From: Neoconidiobolus thromboides FSU 785
Taxonomy: Eukaryota > Fungi > Entomophthoromycota
Assembly (NCBI GenBank): GCA_025603075.1
Contig: MU626337.1
Location: 1 to 64,000 of the forward strand
Direction of reading: 5' to 3'
DNA length: 64,000 nt
Shown piece after piece: positions 62,566-64,000 of this stretch (the stretch's first letter is position 1; every line of letters starts with the position of its first letter). A model generated the notes under the pieces. It did no database searches, was not told where the DNA came from, and worked only from the letters and a program-made list of their open reading frames with translations. Made by a program: the position numbers and the translations under genes.

Positions 62566-63570
62566 TTAATCATCTGATTCATTTTCGTCTAACTCATTCT
62601 CTTCTGATTCATCTTCATCAGAGCCACTTTCTTCCGATTTACTTTCATTTGACTCGTTATCTTCCGATTCATTATCTTCTGATTCATCATCTTCTTGGTC
62701 AGTTTCTTCATCTTTACCAAAGAAACTATCATTATTAATATTACCTTTGGGTTCTTCAGTTTCTAATAATCTCGTTTAAATTTTATCTTATAACAATTCA
62801 ATGATTTTACCTTTAATAGAATCAGTAGTAATATCATCTTTTTTAGAAAATGTGGTGCTATTAGCTGCTTTTTTGGGAAGTTTTCCTTCCAAAACTTGTA
62901 ATTTAATTTGCTCTCGAATCTCTGTTTTTCTAATATCTGACTTTGTCCCAGATTGATCTTCAGCTGCATTATTTGGATATAAAGAAATGTATTTTTCAGT
63001 CATAGGGAAGTGCTAAGATGATAAGACTTTGATTCTAAAAAGATAACTAAAAACTTACTAAAATATAGTTCAAGTCAACATTAGCTTCAAGTAATTCTAA
63101 CTCTAATGATCCTTTTTTATCATCATCATCTATTTCCATTAATTCTTTTTCTATCTTTTTGATTTTCCTTTCTACTTTCTTCTTTTCAAAGAACATTACC
63201 ATCTTATATTTATCTCTGTTTTCTTTGAGCTTCTTTTCTAACTCGCTTTCTTCTATTTGAATTTGTAATGCTTTGAGTTTACGTTCCATTTCCACTTTGA
63301 CTTGGGTACTCAAGTTAGGCTGAATATTGATATTAATTCAAAATGAAAAGAAAAATTAAGTACCTTTTTTAAAAGTCGAATGGTATCTCTTAAACTCTTT
63401 TTGAGGTTTTTAGCCTTAGTAACAGCTTCGGTATTTTCACCATTTAGTTTTTTGAATGATTGATGCTTTGGTTTTGAATCTGCTTCATCCTTTTGTTCAA
63501 CTTGTGGCTTTTTTCTCTTAGCTATTGGGGTCCTGTTAGCATTGCTATTATCTATTCTTTTATTTACCAT
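62566..63570 (-). CDS. EFG1: rRNA-processing protein Efg1, 4 exons (63570-63364, 63319-63059, 63012-62811, 62762-62566), about 288 aa
   Basis: LKKSLRDTIRLLKK, ERKLKAL, KYKMVMFFEKKKVERK, VDLNYILHFPMTEKYISLY, acidic tail. The exon sum of 867 nt is in frame. Confidence 0.92.
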
Positions 63571-64000
63571 TTTAAAACTGAATCGAATTTAGTTAAAAAA
63601 TAATTGTAATAGAAGTTTCGAAAATTAGAGTTTACAATTTTATATAAAAATTAACACAATGCTTTTGCATGAAACATTAGCTTTTCCAGGATGTATATGT
63701 TTTACAAGTTAACTCATTTTTAAAAGACAATAAATTATTTATAAGTTTTAACAAGATACTCGTAATATTCATATATAAGCTCTATTGGTTCATATATCTA
63801 ATATAAACTCTAAATGTCTTTATCTCAAATCAAATAACTATTAGCACTTATCCAGTATATTTTTCAGAATAACTTGAAGTTATAAAGGGTATGAACTTCA
63901 AGAACGTTATTTCAAATTGATATATAATATACACTACCAAAGCTTTATTATTTTTTAATTACTTTTTAAAGTATGGATGAGTAGTTTTTTTGTCTCATCA

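Noticed and set aside
1-64000. U12-type introns accompanying the RNPC3 fragment
   Set aside because: No resolved intron has the RTATCCTT 5' splice site. All are short GT-AG U2-type.
63975-64000. Possible MITE start at the window edge, and an isolated MITE end at 32761-32781
   Set aside because: Too short or degenerate to count as copies.

Overview
Very AT-rich eukaryotic genomic DNA with short (about 45-65 nt) GT-AG introns. The gene set and compositional style point to an early-diverging fungus, plausibly Entomophthorales/Conidiobolus-like (inference). Spliced housekeeping genes reconstructed by hand: V-ATPase subunit d (VMA6), a complete Dicer-like protein, RRP5, prenylcysteine oxidase, EFG1, a UPF0658-like membrane protein and an IQ-motif protein. 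Unspliced genes: HSP20, a rhodopsin-class GPCR and tRNA-Gly(TCC). Accessory content: three near-identical paralogs of a roughly 223-aa PPxY/tubby-LURP-like protein with hypervariable C-tails, a secreted Tyr/Ser/Thr tandem-repeat protein spanning an assembly gap, and aldo-keto reductase and mucin-like pseudogenes. Mobile DNA: two solo LTRs of one family, and about 26 copies of a roughly 97-bp foldback MITE (GGGGATG...CATCCCC, 4-bp ANNT TSD, mostly AWWT). Two decayed Sola-like DDD transposase relics have termini that match the MITE end, giving a putative autonomous/non-autonomous pair. A small spliced gene encodes only the central conserved region of the minor-spliceosome protein RNPC3 (U11/U12-65K) and lacks intact RRMs.
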